Origin: Leptolyngbyaceae cyanobacterium
GTDB lineage: Bacteria; Cyanobacteriota; Cyanobacteriia; Phormidesmidales; Phormidesmidaceae
Assembly (NCBI GenBank): GCA_050331235.1
Contig: JBHJHA010000046.1
Location: forward strand, 11,862-75,861
Direction of reading: 5' to 3'
Length of the DNA: 64,000 nt
The translations under genes and the position numbers were made by a program. Below the pieces are notes generated by a model. The model saw nothing but the letters and a program-made list of their open reading frames with translations. It was not told the origin of the DNA and did not search any database. Positions 9,780-20,122 of the stretch are shown here, in pieces. Position 1 is the stretch's first letter, and every line of letters begins with the position of its first letter.

Positions 9780-11126
9780 TTAGCTGGCGACGCTAAAAAT
9801 TTCCTCTGCTGCGGTGGGATGGATGCCGACAGTTCTAAACAGCTCCGTTGAGGTGAGGCCTCGCCGCAGGGCCGGAATCAATCCTTGCAGCATGTTGGGC
9901 GCTTGATCACCGGCCATGTGAACGCCTACAACTTGCTCGGTTTGGCGATCAATTACTAGCTTGATCAGTGACTGCTGGGGGGTGGGCAACAGACTGTGAC
10001 TCAGAGGCACAAATGTATGGCACTGGGTTTGCACGTTGTCTGCGCCTAATTTGTCTTGGGCCATCGCCTCTGACCAGCCCACGGTGGCAACAAACGGGGC
10101 GCCAAAAACCGCCGAAGGAATCCAGCGATAATCGACTGCAATCGGTTGCCGCTGGCAAATGGTTCGGGCAACGGCTTCGCCCTCGGCGATCGCTACTGGA
10201 GTTAGGGGCAGCCGCTCAACGCAATCTCCTACAGCATAAATATTGGGCTGTGAAGTTTGGCCATAGGCATCGGCAACGATCTTGCCATCGCTGACTTGGA
10301 CGTTGGCGCGCTCCAAATTGAGCCGTGATAGATTGGGCGATCGCCCCACCGCAAACAAAATTTCATCGGCGGTGATTGCTGTTTTCGTAGAGCCAGTCAG
10401 AGAGAGGACCTTGTGGTCAGCTGCCTGGCGCACCGCGGCGCAGCGGGACTCCGCAATAAATTTCACCCCCAATGCTTGCAATCCCTCCTGAACCGCCGAT
10501 CGCAGCGTAGGGTCAAACCCGCTCAGCACTTGCTTATCCGTGTCAATTAGCGTTACCTGGGTGCCGAGCAGCACCAAAATATGACTAAACTCGAACCCGA
10601 TGTATCCTCCACCGACGACAGCCATATGTTTAGGCAGGGTCGTGAGCTGAAACATATCGGGGGAGGTCAACACCAGATCTTGTCCTTCCATATCTGGCAC
10701 AATTGGCGCGCCCCCCACAGCAATCACCACATGGTGAGCGGTTACTTGGCAGTCGTTGATGGTGAGCTGATGGGCATCAATGAACTGGGCCGTGCCACGT
10801 AAGATATCAATGCCTGCTTCGGTTAAGGTTTCTTGCTGAGACTGTCGAATCTGGCTGATGTGATCCTGAATGGCAGTTTGCAGGGCTTGCCAGTTGAGCG
10901 ATGCCGGGGTGTCGTCCCAGTGAAAGGATTGGGCGACCTTTTGTTGGGAGGCAAAACTAGCGGCATTGACCATGAGCTTTTTGGGCACACAGCCGCGATT
11001 GACACAGGTGCCACCAAGGGCGCGGGACTCCGCGATCGCGACTGTGGCACCCAAGCTGGCAGCTTGCTTGGCGGTGGCGAGTCCGCCAGAGCCCCCACCA
11101 ATTACCAAAATGTCGTAGTCAGCCAT
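9780..11126 (-). CDS. Glutathione reductase-like pyridine nucleotide-disulfide oxidoreductase
   Basis: GGGSGG, GGTCVNRGCVPKK, GGGYIG, HPTAAEE. Start taken at MADYD. Confidence 0.85.
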   Translation of the reverse strand: MADYDILVIGGGSGGLATAKQAASLGATVAIAESRALGGTCVNRGCVPKKLMVNAASFASQQKVAQSFHWDDTPASLNWQALQTAIQDHISQIRQSQQETLTEAGIDILRGTAQFIDAHQLTINDCQVTAHHVVIAVGGAPIVPDMEGQDLVLTSPDMFQLTTLPKHMAVVGGGYIGFEFSHILVLLGTQVTLIDTDKQVLSGFDPTLRSAVQEGLQALGVKFIAESRCAAVRQAADHKVLSLTGSTKTAITADEILFAVGRSPNLSRLNLERANVQVSDGKIVADAYGQTSQPNIYAVGDCVERLPLTPVAIAEGEAVARTICQRQPIAVDYRWIPSAVFGAPFVATVGWSEAMAQDKLGADNVQTQCHTFVPLSHSLLPTPQQSLIKLVIDRQTEQVVGVHMAGDQAPNMLQGLIPALRRGLTSTELFRTVGIHPTAAEEIFSVAS

Positions 11127-11214
11127 GTCGATTCCCAGTCTCTCCACACGTAATTGGCGACATGTTTAGAGTAGAGAAAATTTGAGTCGGAAAACTCAGC
11201 CAGGAGAAATATCT

Positions 11215-12372
11215 CTACTTCATAACGGGCTTTTGGACGGGTAAAAACAGGGTAAAGGTGCTGCCTTGGCGGGGCTGTGAAGACACATCGATAAACCCTT
11301 GATGCATTTGAGCAATCCGCCCCGCTAGGTGTAGCCCTAAGCCACTACCAGCCCGGCGCTGGGTTCCCTGACGAAACCAAGCAAAAATTTCTGCTTCCTC
11401 TGACTCGGAGATGCCAATACCGGTATCAATGACCTGAACGGATAGCCACGATTTGGCTCTTTGGCCCCCAACCCCTGTCAAATTGGGGGGCGGTTGCTCG
11501 GAGTGGTCAAGCTGCACGAGGATATGGCCCTCATCGGTGAATTTAAGAGCATTGCCAATGAGATTGGTTAACACTCGGCGCAATTCCATCACGTCTCCGA
11601 GCATCTCGTAGGGGGCCGTATCGGTGATTGTGGTTCCTTGGCGATCGCTCAGCTTAAGGGTCAGATTTTTCTCAGCGGCTAGCGGTTTGAGCTCACTCAC
11701 GACTGCCGCCGCAATGTCATAGAGATTAAGGGGGATAATGGTTAGTGACTTATGGCCCGAATCGTGACGATAAACTTCCAGCAGCGTGTTGACCATAGAC
11801 AGGAGCTGCTCGTTATTTTGCATCGTTTCGGTCAGGGCTTCTTTAGCCCCATCGGCAACGGGACCAAACGACTCATTTTTGCAAAAGGACAGCATGCGAT
11901 TGGCCGCGACCAAAGGCGTGCGTAAATCGTGGGTGAGACGGGCAACAAAATCGTCGCGCTGGCGCAGCATGTAAGCCTGACCATCCATTGCCTCTCTCAT
12001 GCGCAGCAGCGATCGCACTCGCGCCTGCAATTCATCAATATCAAACGGCTTGCGAATGAAGTCATCGGCACCGGCATCGAGCCCTTCCACCAAGCTGACG
12101 TGATCGTGGGCCGTCAGCAGTAGGATGGGGACATAGGGCAATTCTGCTGCTCCCCGCACGCGTCGGGTGACTTCATAGCCATCCATGCCCGGCATCATGA
12201 TGTCGAGCAGCAGCAGATCCGGAGGGTGATCGCCAATTTGGGCGATCGCGGCTTCTCCAGACTTGGCAAAGCTCAACTGATATTCGTCAAGATCTAAAAT
12301 CGTTTCAATAAGAAATAAGTTATCGGGAGAATCATCAACGGCAAGAATATGCTTGGGTTGCGCTTTATCCAT
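11215..12372 (-). CDS. Hybrid response regulator-histidine kinase (REC-HisKA-HATPase)
   Basis: AVDD, LLDIMMP, RKPF; THDLRTPL; NALKFT; GSGLGL. Confidence 0.92.
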   Translation of the reverse strand: MDKAQPKHILAVDDSPDNLFLIETILDLDEYQLSFAKSGEAAIAQIGDHPPDLLLLDIMMPGMDGYEVTRRVRGAAELPYVPILLLTAHDHVSLVEGLDAGADDFIRKPFDIDELQARVRSLLRMREAMDGQAYMLRQRDDFVARLTHDLRTPLVAANRMLSFCKNESFGPVADGAKEALTETMQNNEQLLSMVNTLLEVYRHDSGHKSLTIIPLNLYDIAAAVVSELKPLAAEKNLTLKLSDRQGTTITDTAPYEMLGDVMELRRVLTNLIGNALKFTDEGHILVQLDHSEQPPPNLTGVGGQRAKSWLSVQVIDTGIGISESEEAEIFAWFRQGTQRRAGSGLGLHLAGRIAQMHQGFIDVSSQPRQGSTFTLFLPVQKPVMK

Positions 12373-12905
12373 GTCAGGTACATTTAACGTCTTTGTTTAA
12401 ACAGAGATTTAAAAAATCAAATTGAGTTTCATGGTTACATGCACTCGGTGATGCGGCGTCTATCTATTGAATGAGCTTGCTTGAGGCCATCGAGAAAACT
12501 CAACTGCTAAAACGAACTATTCGTGTGAATAAAAGGGTGGCTGCTATGCTGATATCGCAATGTATCGCAAGGACCCAAAAAGCCACCACTAATTTATCAA
12601 AAGCCCTATGGGTCAACGAGTTCGGCAATAACTCATCAGCCCGATTTACGAAATTGACAGGTTGATCGTTGTCTACAGGATGGATAGATATTCCCTGTTT
12701 TATAGATAAAAAATTCGGTTATCAAACCCTTCAATTGAGTTGTGTTAATGGCTAGACTCAGTCAAATGCTAAGCCGTTAACTGAAGGGTAGACAAAACCG
12801 GATCGGCCCGTTTGCTCTCCCTGGGCCCAGAAAGATCCAGGCGTCGCCCGGCTGAGTTGAACATTATGCGTAACACTAAAGAAAAACGGTGGGAGTGGAA
12901 TTGCC

Positions 12906-13700
12906 ATGGACTGGCGTGAGGTATCGGGCAACTGGTTGTACATGCCCCCACAGCCCCGAGCCATTATCCATTTTTTGGGCGGTGCCTTTGTTGCGGCGGC
13001 CCCTCATGTCACGTACAAGCCTTTGTTAGAAACGCTTGGCCGGCGCGGGTATGTGATTGTTGCGACGCCCTTTATCAATACGTTTGATCATCGAGCGATC
13101 GCCCAAGAGGTTTTGGTGACTTTTGATCAGGCTTTGCGCTACCTCGAAAGCCGGGTCACGCTTAAGCCATTACCGATCTACGGCTTGGGCCACAGCATGG
13201 GCTGCAAGGTGCATTTGCTGATCAATAGTCTGTATGAGGTCAAGCGGGCGGGCAATATTTTGATGGCGTTTAACAACTATTCGGCACGGCGATCGGTCCC
13301 TTTTTTAGAACAGGTCATGTCCTTAACGCCTGCTTTGGAGGCGTTGGGGCCGATGGAGTTTGTCCCTTCTCCTGAGGAGACCTTAGCCCTGATCGATCGG
13401 TACTATCCCATCGAACGTAACCTGTTAATCAAATTTCGTAAGGACGACATCGACCAAACTCGACCGCTCCACGGGGTTTTGCATCGTCACTTTCCTCAGC
13501 TCACGAGTGTCGAGATTTTGCCCGGCACCCACACCACCCCCATGGCCCAAGATATTCCCTGGCAGCCGGGAACCCAGTTCAGCGCTTTTGATGCCATTGG
13601 GCAGTTCGTCAAGCAGGAATTCACCCGGGATCTAAGACGGCTAGAGGATGTGATCTTGATGTGGTTGAATCCCCTTGGCGCCATGCGATCGCGCCGCTAA
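12906..13700 (+). CDS. DUF1350 family alpha/beta hydrolase-like protein
   Basis: HFLGGAFVAAAP, GHSMG, LPGTHTTP. Confidence 0.85.
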   Translation: MDWREVSGNWLYMPPQPRAIIHFLGGAFVAAAPHVTYKPLLETLGRRGYVIVATPFINTFDHRAIAQEVLVTFDQALRYLESRVTLKPLPIYGLGHSMGCKVHLLINSLYEVKRAGNILMAFNNYSARRSVPFLEQVMSLTPALEALGPMEFVPSPEETLALIDRYYPIERNLLIKFRKDDIDQTRPLHGVLHRHFPQLTSVEILPGTHTTPMAQDIPWQPGTQFSAFDAIGQFVKQEFTRDLRRLEDVILMWLNPLGAMRSRR

Positions 13701-14045
13701 CCCCAGGGGCAAGACTGCTGTCTACGGCCCAGGCAGCGCCAGCGACTAGCTCGGGCCGCCTGGATCAACGGGATCAGGGCTTAAGCAGTCAAAAACGACA
13801 AACATTACCGGTTGGAAGATCTTTACAACCGTCTAAAACATCGTTCAGTGCGTAGGTTCTAGAGATTACGCCGTTTTCCCGGAAACCGTGGGCTGCCGTC
13901 CGTAGAGTTTTGTATGGCTTGAGAGCTACCCGTTGGTAATCTTGAGCTACTGGGTCGCTGTGGGAATATTACTGAAGCCATGACTTAATCGTTTCAGGCT
14001 GCCTCTACTCGCCGCGCACCTGTCTTATTGTCGACAGATGTCAAC

Positions 14046-15293
14046 ATGCTCCACTCTTCTGATCGCTTAGTGGCCGAGATCCACCCTTCTATGACCTCAT
14101 CTTCAGAGGATTCTGGCTTCAGTCTGCTGTTGATTGATGCTGGCGGCGGGCAGCGGGCTGCTTTGCTGCAGGCATTGGCCAATGCGGGTGTCACTGTTCA
14201 TCTCAAACCAACGATTGCTGCCGCTCAGGTTTGTCTGACTAGCGTGCCGATCCACGGCATCGTGGGGATTATTTCCCCGGTCGGTCCTGATATGTTTGAG
14301 TTTTGTCGTCGGCTTAAGCAAGTGCCGCAATTAGCGAGCCTGCCTGTTGTTCTCATGGGTGTTGCTGAGGACGATCGCGATCGCCTGCGGGCCTTGAGCG
14401 TGGGCGCTGCCGCTTTCCTCAGTCTGGCCAGTGAGCCCAGCCAAATAGTGGCGCAAATCCAGGCGCAAATGCTGCCCCATCCCGCCCGCCAGCAGGCCGC
14501 GCGCCAGGCGCAGCAAATGATTATGAATCGCCAATACTCCCCCCTGCTGGCCAACCTGCAAAAGACCCTGCGCCAGCAAACCGTCAAGCTCAAGGCGCAG
14601 AACGAGCAGCTCCAGCAAGAAATTCGAGAACGCCAGGAAATTGAGCGGGCCCTGCGCCAGGAACAGCAGAAGTCAGAACAGCTATTGCTCAATATTTTGC
14701 CGGGGGCCGTGGTCAATCAGCTGAAGCAGTTTCAAGGTTCTCTTGCAGAGCGCTTTGATGAAACCACTGTCTTGTTTGCCGATATCGTCAACTTCACTCC
14801 CCTCGCGGCCCAATACAGTCCGCTTGCCCTGGTGAATCTGCTCAACCATATTTTTTCTGAGTTTGATCGCCTGGCCGAGGTGTACCAATTGGAAAAAATA
14901 AAAACCATTGGGGATGCCTACATGGCGGTCGGCGGGGTGCCCGTGCCCCGCGAAGACCACGCGATCGCGATCGCTGATTTGGCCTTGGCTATGCAGACAG
15001 CGATTGGGCGCATCAGCCAAGAAAGGGAAGTGCCGCTGCAGCTACGCATTGGCATCAACAGCGGCACCGTGGTAGCTGGGGTCATCGGCATCAAAAAATT
15101 TAGCTACGATCTCTGGGGTGATACGGTCAACGTTGCCAGCCGCATGGAATCCCAAGGTCAACCGGGCAAGATTCAAGTCACAACCAACACTTACCAAAAA
15201 CTTAATTCCCTATTTTGCTTTGAGCCCGCCCACAAGATCGAGATTAAGGGCAAAGGGTTGATGAAAACCTATTACCTGTTAGGTCGCCGATAG
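14046..15293 (+). CDS. Class III adenylate/guanylate cyclase with degenerate N-terminal receiver domain and coiled coil
   Basis: LLNILP, LFADIVNFT, KIKTIGDAYM, YDLWGDTVNVASRMES; start uncertain. Confidence 0.88.
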   Translation: MLHSSDRLVAEIHPSMTSSSEDSGFSLLLIDAGGGQRAALLQALANAGVTVHLKPTIAAAQVCLTSVPIHGIVGIISPVGPDMFEFCRRLKQVPQLASLPVVLMGVAEDDRDRLRALSVGAAAFLSLASEPSQIVAQIQAQMLPHPARQQAARQAQQMIMNRQYSPLLANLQKTLRQQTVKLKAQNEQLQQEIRERQEIERALRQEQQKSEQLLLNILPGAVVNQLKQFQGSLAERFDETTVLFADIVNFTPLAAQYSPLALVNLLNHIFSEFDRLAEVYQLEKIKTIGDAYMAVGGVPVPREDHAIAIADLALAMQTAIGRISQEREVPLQLRIGINSGTVVAGVIGIKKFSYDLWGDTVNVASRMESQGQPGKIQVTTNTYQKLNSLFCFEPAHKIEIKGKGLMKTYYLLGRR

Positions 15294-15555
15294 GCTGCGG
15301 CTGAACGGCATCGCGATACACTATTGAAGTTTGTGAGCGGAGGCGCTGCTGGCTAGCCAGCAAACTTGACCAAGGCTCCTGTTGTGAAGCTACAAAATCT
15401 CCCGGCGAAACACCTGTGGTCAGGTGATCGCCGCTGGGAAAATGTAGGTTTGTAGTTCTCTCTGCAGCGCTCTTGGATACTGGTTCAACCGCCAGCCCTC
15501 ACTGTTCGTTTGGCTGAGACCCGGCGTTCCTGACAGGAAATTGATATCAAAGGCT

Positions 15556-17712
15556 ATGGTAACGTTTCTACTAGAAGTGGGGACCGAAGAACTCCCTGCC
15601 AGTTTTGTCCAAGAAGCGCTGGATCAGTGGCGCGATCGCATTCCCGCTGAGTTGGAAGCGGCTTTTTTGACGCCGGGAGAGATTCGCTACTACGGTACCC
15701 CGCGGCGGCTAGCGCTATTGCTGGTGGATTTGCCGGACAAACAGCCCGACCGCGAAGAGGAAGCCAAGGGCCCCCCCGCCCAAGCCGCGTTCAGAGACGG
15801 TCAGCCGACTAAGGCCGCCGAGGGCTTTGCGCGGTCGAAAAATGTCACCGTAGAAGATTTAGAAATCCGCGAAACGGACAAAGGCGCGTTTGTCTACGTC
15901 CAGCACCAAATTCCTGGCCGCTCCGCTGTAGAACTGCTGCAAGAGTGGGTGCCCCAATGGATTCTCGGGCTAGAGGGCAAGCGCTTTATGCGCTGGGGAG
16001 ATGGTGACCTCAAGTTTCCCCGGCCCATTCGCTGGTTGGTGACGCTGTTAGATGACGAATTGATTCCCCTGTCGTTGCAAAATGGCTCCGAGCAGTGCCG
16101 CAGCGATCGCGTTACCCAAGCCCACCGCATTCTTCATCCCGATCCCATCATCCTCAGCCGCGCCCAAGACTACGTTGAGAAACTGCGCGAGGGCTTTGTA
16201 GAGGTAGATGTCGCCGCTCGGCAAACCCAAATTCAAGGAGCCGTCGAGCAGGCTGCTGCTTCGGTAAAGGGGGTAGCGCGCATTGATCCGGATTTGCTCA
16301 GGGAAGTGGCCAATCTAGTAGAGTGGCCCAACGCCGTGGTTGGACCGTTTGAGACGGCGTTTTTAGAGCTGCCTGCCGAGGTGGCCATCATGGAGATGGA
16401 GAGCCACCAGCGTTACTTTCCCGTCTTGCAGGCCGCCGAGGCTAATGAACTACTGCCCTACTTCATCACCATTTCCAACGGCGATCCTGAAAAGTCGGCT
16501 CTGATTGCTGAGGGTAATGGCCGCGTCATTCGGGCGCGGCTATCGGACGGCAAGTTCTTTTTTGACGCCGATCGCGCCGTGGCGTTAGACACCTTTGTGA
16601 CGAAGCTTGACGCGGTCACCTTTGAGGAACGGCTGGGTTCTATGGGGGCTAAGGTTAACCGCATTGAAGCGATCGCTGCCTTTATTGCCGACCAACTTAA
16701 CTTGAGTGAACCGGAGCGGCTGCATCTGCATCGAGCAGCCCATCTCTGCAAGGCAGACTTAGTGACCCAAATGGTGGGCGAATTTCCGGAGCTTCAGGGC
16801 GTCATGGGGGAAAAATATGCCCGCCACAGTGGCGAACCCGCCGCCGTCGCGGGGGCCATTGCCGAGCATTATTTGCCACGGGGGGCCGGCGATCGCCTCC
16901 CCCAAACCTTAATTGGTCAGGCTCTGGGCCTTGCAGATCGTCTCGATACGCTGGTGGGGATTTTTAGCTTAGGCATGTTGCCCTCGGGCTCATCTGACCC
17001 CTTTGCCCTGCGCCGCGCCGCCAATGCGATTGTCACCGTCATTTGGGATGCCAACCTCGCCATCAACCTCAACGCGCTGTTAGATCAGGTGGTCAACGCC
17101 TTTGTGCAAAATCCTGATTTGTCGGTGGAGGCCGCCGAGCCCCTGCGATCGCAACTCCAGGACTTTTTCCTCCAGCGGGTGCAAACGCTGCTGCAAGATG
17201 ATCTGAACATTGACTACGACTTGGTCAATGCTGTTCTGGGGGAAAACGACCCCACCTATACCCAGCGCGCCCTGACGGATTTGCTCGACGTGCGCGATCG
17301 AGCCCAATTTCTTCAGGCGATTCGCCAAGATGGCACCCTAGCTAAGATCTACGAAACGGTCAATCGCGCGGCGCGGCTCGCGGCCCAGGGTGAGCTGGGA
17401 ACTGCCCCCCTCGATCCCACCTTGGTCGTTGATCCCGACCGCTTTCAGCAAGCTTCCGAGCAGGCTTTTTACGAGGCTCTGCTGGCACTCCTGCCCGAGA
17501 CCCAAGCGGCCCAGCAAAGCCGCGCCTATCGCCAGCTCATCACCGGGTTGGAAAATGCGGCTCCCATCGTCAGTCGCTTTTTTGACGGGCCTGATAGCGT
17601 CCTAGTGATGGACAAAGATCCCGCCATCAAGCAAAATCGACTGCATCTGCTTGCTCTATTGCGTAATCACGCCCGTGTGCTGGCAGATTTTGGTGCCATC
17701 GTCAAAGGCTAG
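15556..17712 (+). CDS. glyS: Glycine-tRNA ligase beta subunit
   Basis: [34 protein letters not shown]. Confidence 0.96.
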   Translation: MVTFLLEVGTEELPASFVQEALDQWRDRIPAELEAAFLTPGEIRYYGTPRRLALLLVDLPDKQPDREEEAKGPPAQAAFRDGQPTKAAEGFARSKNVTVEDLEIRETDKGAFVYVQHQIPGRSAVELLQEWVPQWILGLEGKRFMRWGDGDLKFPRPIRWLVTLLDDELIPLSLQNGSEQCRSDRVTQAHRILHPDPIILSRAQDYVEKLREGFVEVDVAARQTQIQGAVEQAAASVKGVARIDPDLLREVANLVEWPNAVVGPFETAFLELPAEVAIMEMESHQRYFPVLQAAEANELLPYFITISNGDPEKSALIAEGNGRVIRARLSDGKFFFDADRAVALDTFVTKLDAVTFEERLGSMGAKVNRIEAIAAFIADQLNLSEPERLHLHRAAHLCKADLVTQMVGEFPELQGVMGEKYARHSGEPAAVAGAIAEHYLPRGAGDRLPQTLIGQALGLADRLDTLVGIFSLGMLPSGSSDPFALRRAANAIVTVIWDANLAINLNALLDQVVNAFVQNPDLSVEAAEPLRSQLQDFFLQRVQTLLQDDLNIDYDLVNAVLGENDPTYTQRALTDLLDVRDRAQFLQAIRQDGTLAKIYETVNRAARLAAQGELGTAPLDPTLVVDPDRFQQASEQAFYEALLALLPETQAAQQSRAYRQLITGLENAAPIVSRFFDGPDSVLVMDKDPAIKQNRLHLLALLRNHARVLADFGAIVKG

Positions 17713-17728
17713 CAGCATAGGCCAAGTT

Positions 17729-19072
17729 ATGGAGAAGCAAGCTCATGTCATCGGATTGGGCAAGTCGGGCATCGCTGCCGCGCGGTTGCTGGCCCGCCAA
17801 GGCTGGCAGGTGGTGCTCAGCGATCGCTCAACCACGCCTCTCCTCAGCGAGGACATTCCTCGACTAACTGCCGAGGGCGTCACCGTACAGCTTGGGCACA
17901 GCTTTTCGCCCGACGATGCGGCCCAGTTAGTCGTCGTCAGCCCCGGCGTACCTTGGGATTTGCCGGCTCTGGTCGCCGCTCGGGAGCACGGCAAGGAGGT
18001 CATCGGTGAAACGGAATTAGCCTGGCGCGCCCTCAGCGATTGCCCTTGGGTGGGTATCACCGGCACCAATGGCAAAACCACTGTTACTGCCCTCACCGCT
18101 GCTATTTTTCAGGCGGCGGGGCGCCAGGCTCCGGCCTGCGGCAACATCGGCCATGCCATTGGGGAGCTAGCGCTGCAGCCGTCGGTGCCAGACTGGGTGA
18201 TCGCCGAGCTCAGCAGCTACCAGATTGAAGCGTCGTCGACGCTGAGCCCCAAGCTTGGCCTGTGGACAACCTTTACGCCGGATCATTTGGCTCGCCACAA
18301 AACCCTGGAAAACTACTTTCAGATCAAGGCCAAACTGATGCACCAGTCCGACCAGGTGGTGCTGAACGGTGATGACCCCTACCTGCGGACCCACGGAGCC
18401 GCGCACTTTCCCGCTGCTTACTGGACGGGCACCCGGCCTGAGGCGATCGCCCCGTTGACGCCCTTGGCGTATATTGACTCGGGCTGGGTCAAGGTCAATG
18501 ACACGCCCATTTTGACCGCCGCCGCCCTCAAAATGGTCGGCACCCATAATCAACAAAACCTTCTGTTGGCGGTGGCCGCGGCCCATCTGGCAGGGCTCGC
18601 CCCGGAGCAGATTGCCCTCGGGGTGGAGACCTTTCCCGGTGTGCCCCATCGGTTAGAGCGGGTCCTGACTTGGCAGGGGGTCGACTTTATCAACGACAGC
18701 AAGGCCACTAATTACGATGCGGCGGCGGTCGGGCTTCGGGCGATCGCGGCTCCCGCCATTCTCATCGCCGGGGGAGAAGCTAAGGCTGGCGATGATGCTG
18801 ACTGGCTGAGCGAAATCCAGCAAAAGGCGGCAACTGTGCTCCTCATTGGCAATGCGGCTGATCAGTTTGCTCAGCGGCTAGCGGCGATTGGCTACGAGTC
18901 CTACGAAATTGCTGAAACGATGGAGCGGGCAATCCACCGGAGTATTGAACTGGCTCCCCAACTTGACGCTAAAGCTGTGTTGCTCTCCCCCGCCTGCGCC
19001 AGCTTCGACCAATACCCCAACTTTGAGGTGCGGGGCGACCATTTTCGCCAACTCTGTCAAGCAATGCTATAA
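17729..19072 (+). CDS. murD: UDP-N-acetylmuramoyl-L-alanine-D-glutamate ligase
   Basis: [42 protein letters not shown]. Confidence 0.96.
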   Translation: MEKQAHVIGLGKSGIAAARLLARQGWQVVLSDRSTTPLLSEDIPRLTAEGVTVQLGHSFSPDDAAQLVVVSPGVPWDLPALVAAREHGKEVIGETELAWRALSDCPWVGITGTNGKTTVTALTAAIFQAAGRQAPACGNIGHAIGELALQPSVPDWVIAELSSYQIEASSTLSPKLGLWTTFTPDHLARHKTLENYFQIKAKLMHQSDQVVLNGDDPYLRTHGAAHFPAAYWTGTRPEAIAPLTPLAYIDSGWVKVNDTPILTAAALKMVGTHNQQNLLLAVAAAHLAGLAPEQIALGVETFPGVPHRLERVLTWQGVDFINDSKATNYDAAAVGLRAIAAPAILIAGGEAKAGDDADWLSEIQQKAATVLLIGNAADQFAQRLAAIGYESYEIAETMERAIHRSIELAPQLDAKAVLLSPACASFDQYPNFEVRGDHFRQLCQAML

Positions 19073-19192
19073 ATGCCCAAAGTCTACGATTTTAGGCAGA
19101 CGATTAATCGGCAATGAAGGCTATAAAATGGACGCGATCGCCGGTGCCTCGTCGGTGCTTTTCTCCTATCCTCACGTTGTCGGAGCCTTTCC

Positions 19193-19744
19193 ATGCTGAA
19201 ACTCTACGGTGGTGCCTTTAGCCGCGCCTCAATTGTCAGATGGTATCTAGAAGAGTTAGACGCGCCCTACGAATTCGTCACCCTTGATATGCAAGCAGGG
19301 GAACATCGCCAGGATGACTTCCTCACGATCAACCCCATGGGCAAGGTGCCGGCGTTAGTCGATGGCGAAATTACCCTGTGGGAATCGGGGGCCATCTTGC
19401 TGTATCTCGCAGAGAAATTTGGAAACATGCCGGGCACCCACCAAGAGCGAGGCCTACTGTATCAGTGGGTGCTCTTTGCCAACTCCACCCTGTCAGAGGG
19501 CCTATTTAACGAATCGTTGCGGGAGAAGCAAACCCCACGTTTATTACAGCCGCTAGATGACCTGCTTAAGACCCAGCCCTACTTGATGGCTGACACCTTC
19601 ACCGTAGCGGACGTCGCGGTGGTCTCACTGCTAGGATTTGCAGTGCAAATGATCCAGCTAGACATGAGTGCTTATCCTGCGGTCCAGGCATATCTGCAGC
19701 GGTGCAGTCAGCGATCGGCGTTCCAAAAAGCGATGAGCTCCTAG
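19193..19744 (+). CDS. Glutathione S-transferase family protein
   Basis: INPMGKVPAL, ESGAILLYL, FTVADV. Confidence 0.92.
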   Translation: MLKLYGGAFSRASIVRWYLEELDAPYEFVTLDMQAGEHRQDDFLTINPMGKVPALVDGEITLWESGAILLYLAEKFGNMPGTHQERGLLYQWVLFANSTLSEGLFNESLREKQTPRLLQPLDDLLKTQPYLMADTFTVADVAVVSLLGFAVQMIQLDMSAYPAVQAYLQRCSQRSAFQKAMSS

Positions 19745-19884
19745 GCTCCACAGGCTCCGATACGGCTGTGGCTCCGTGTAGCTTCGATAATTGGGGGCAG
19801 CGACTACGCCGACATCATCTATCGTCCGAGGCCAACCGATGAAGCACGCCCGTTATCCCAATTCGCCAAATTGAGATTACCAAA

Positions 19885-19940
19885 CCTGTCTCTTCACAGC
19901 CCCTTGCCTAAGCGCGGGAGAAGGGGTTGGAGTGAGGGCT
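19885..19940. repeat. Cyanobacterial short dispersed palindromic repeat (SDR-like)
   Basis: CCCCTTGCC...GGGAGAAGGGGTTGGAGTGAGGG; related sequence at 55022-55062. Confidence 0.55.
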
Positions 19941-19941
19941 A

Positions 19942-20054
19942 ATACTATTTCTGTAATCGCGACTACATGTAGATTCTTCAAAGGCCCTTTTTCAAGGGGG
20001 CAGCGACAGCGGGGGATCTTCAAGTCTGTAGCGCTATTACAGAGAATTGGTATA
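19942..20054. mobile_element. MITE-like element, copy 1 (~112 bp, imperfect terminal inverted repeats)
   Basis: Ends TACTATTTCTGTAATCGCGACTACA and TGTAGCGCTATTACAGAGAATTGGTA; near-identical reverse-complement copy at 22582-22692. Confidence 0.7.
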
Positions 20055-20122
20055 AGGTCACAGCGAAGGACAGCCTTGGGATTACTCCAAAACCTAGAAC
20101 CTAAAATCTGAAAACCATTTCC

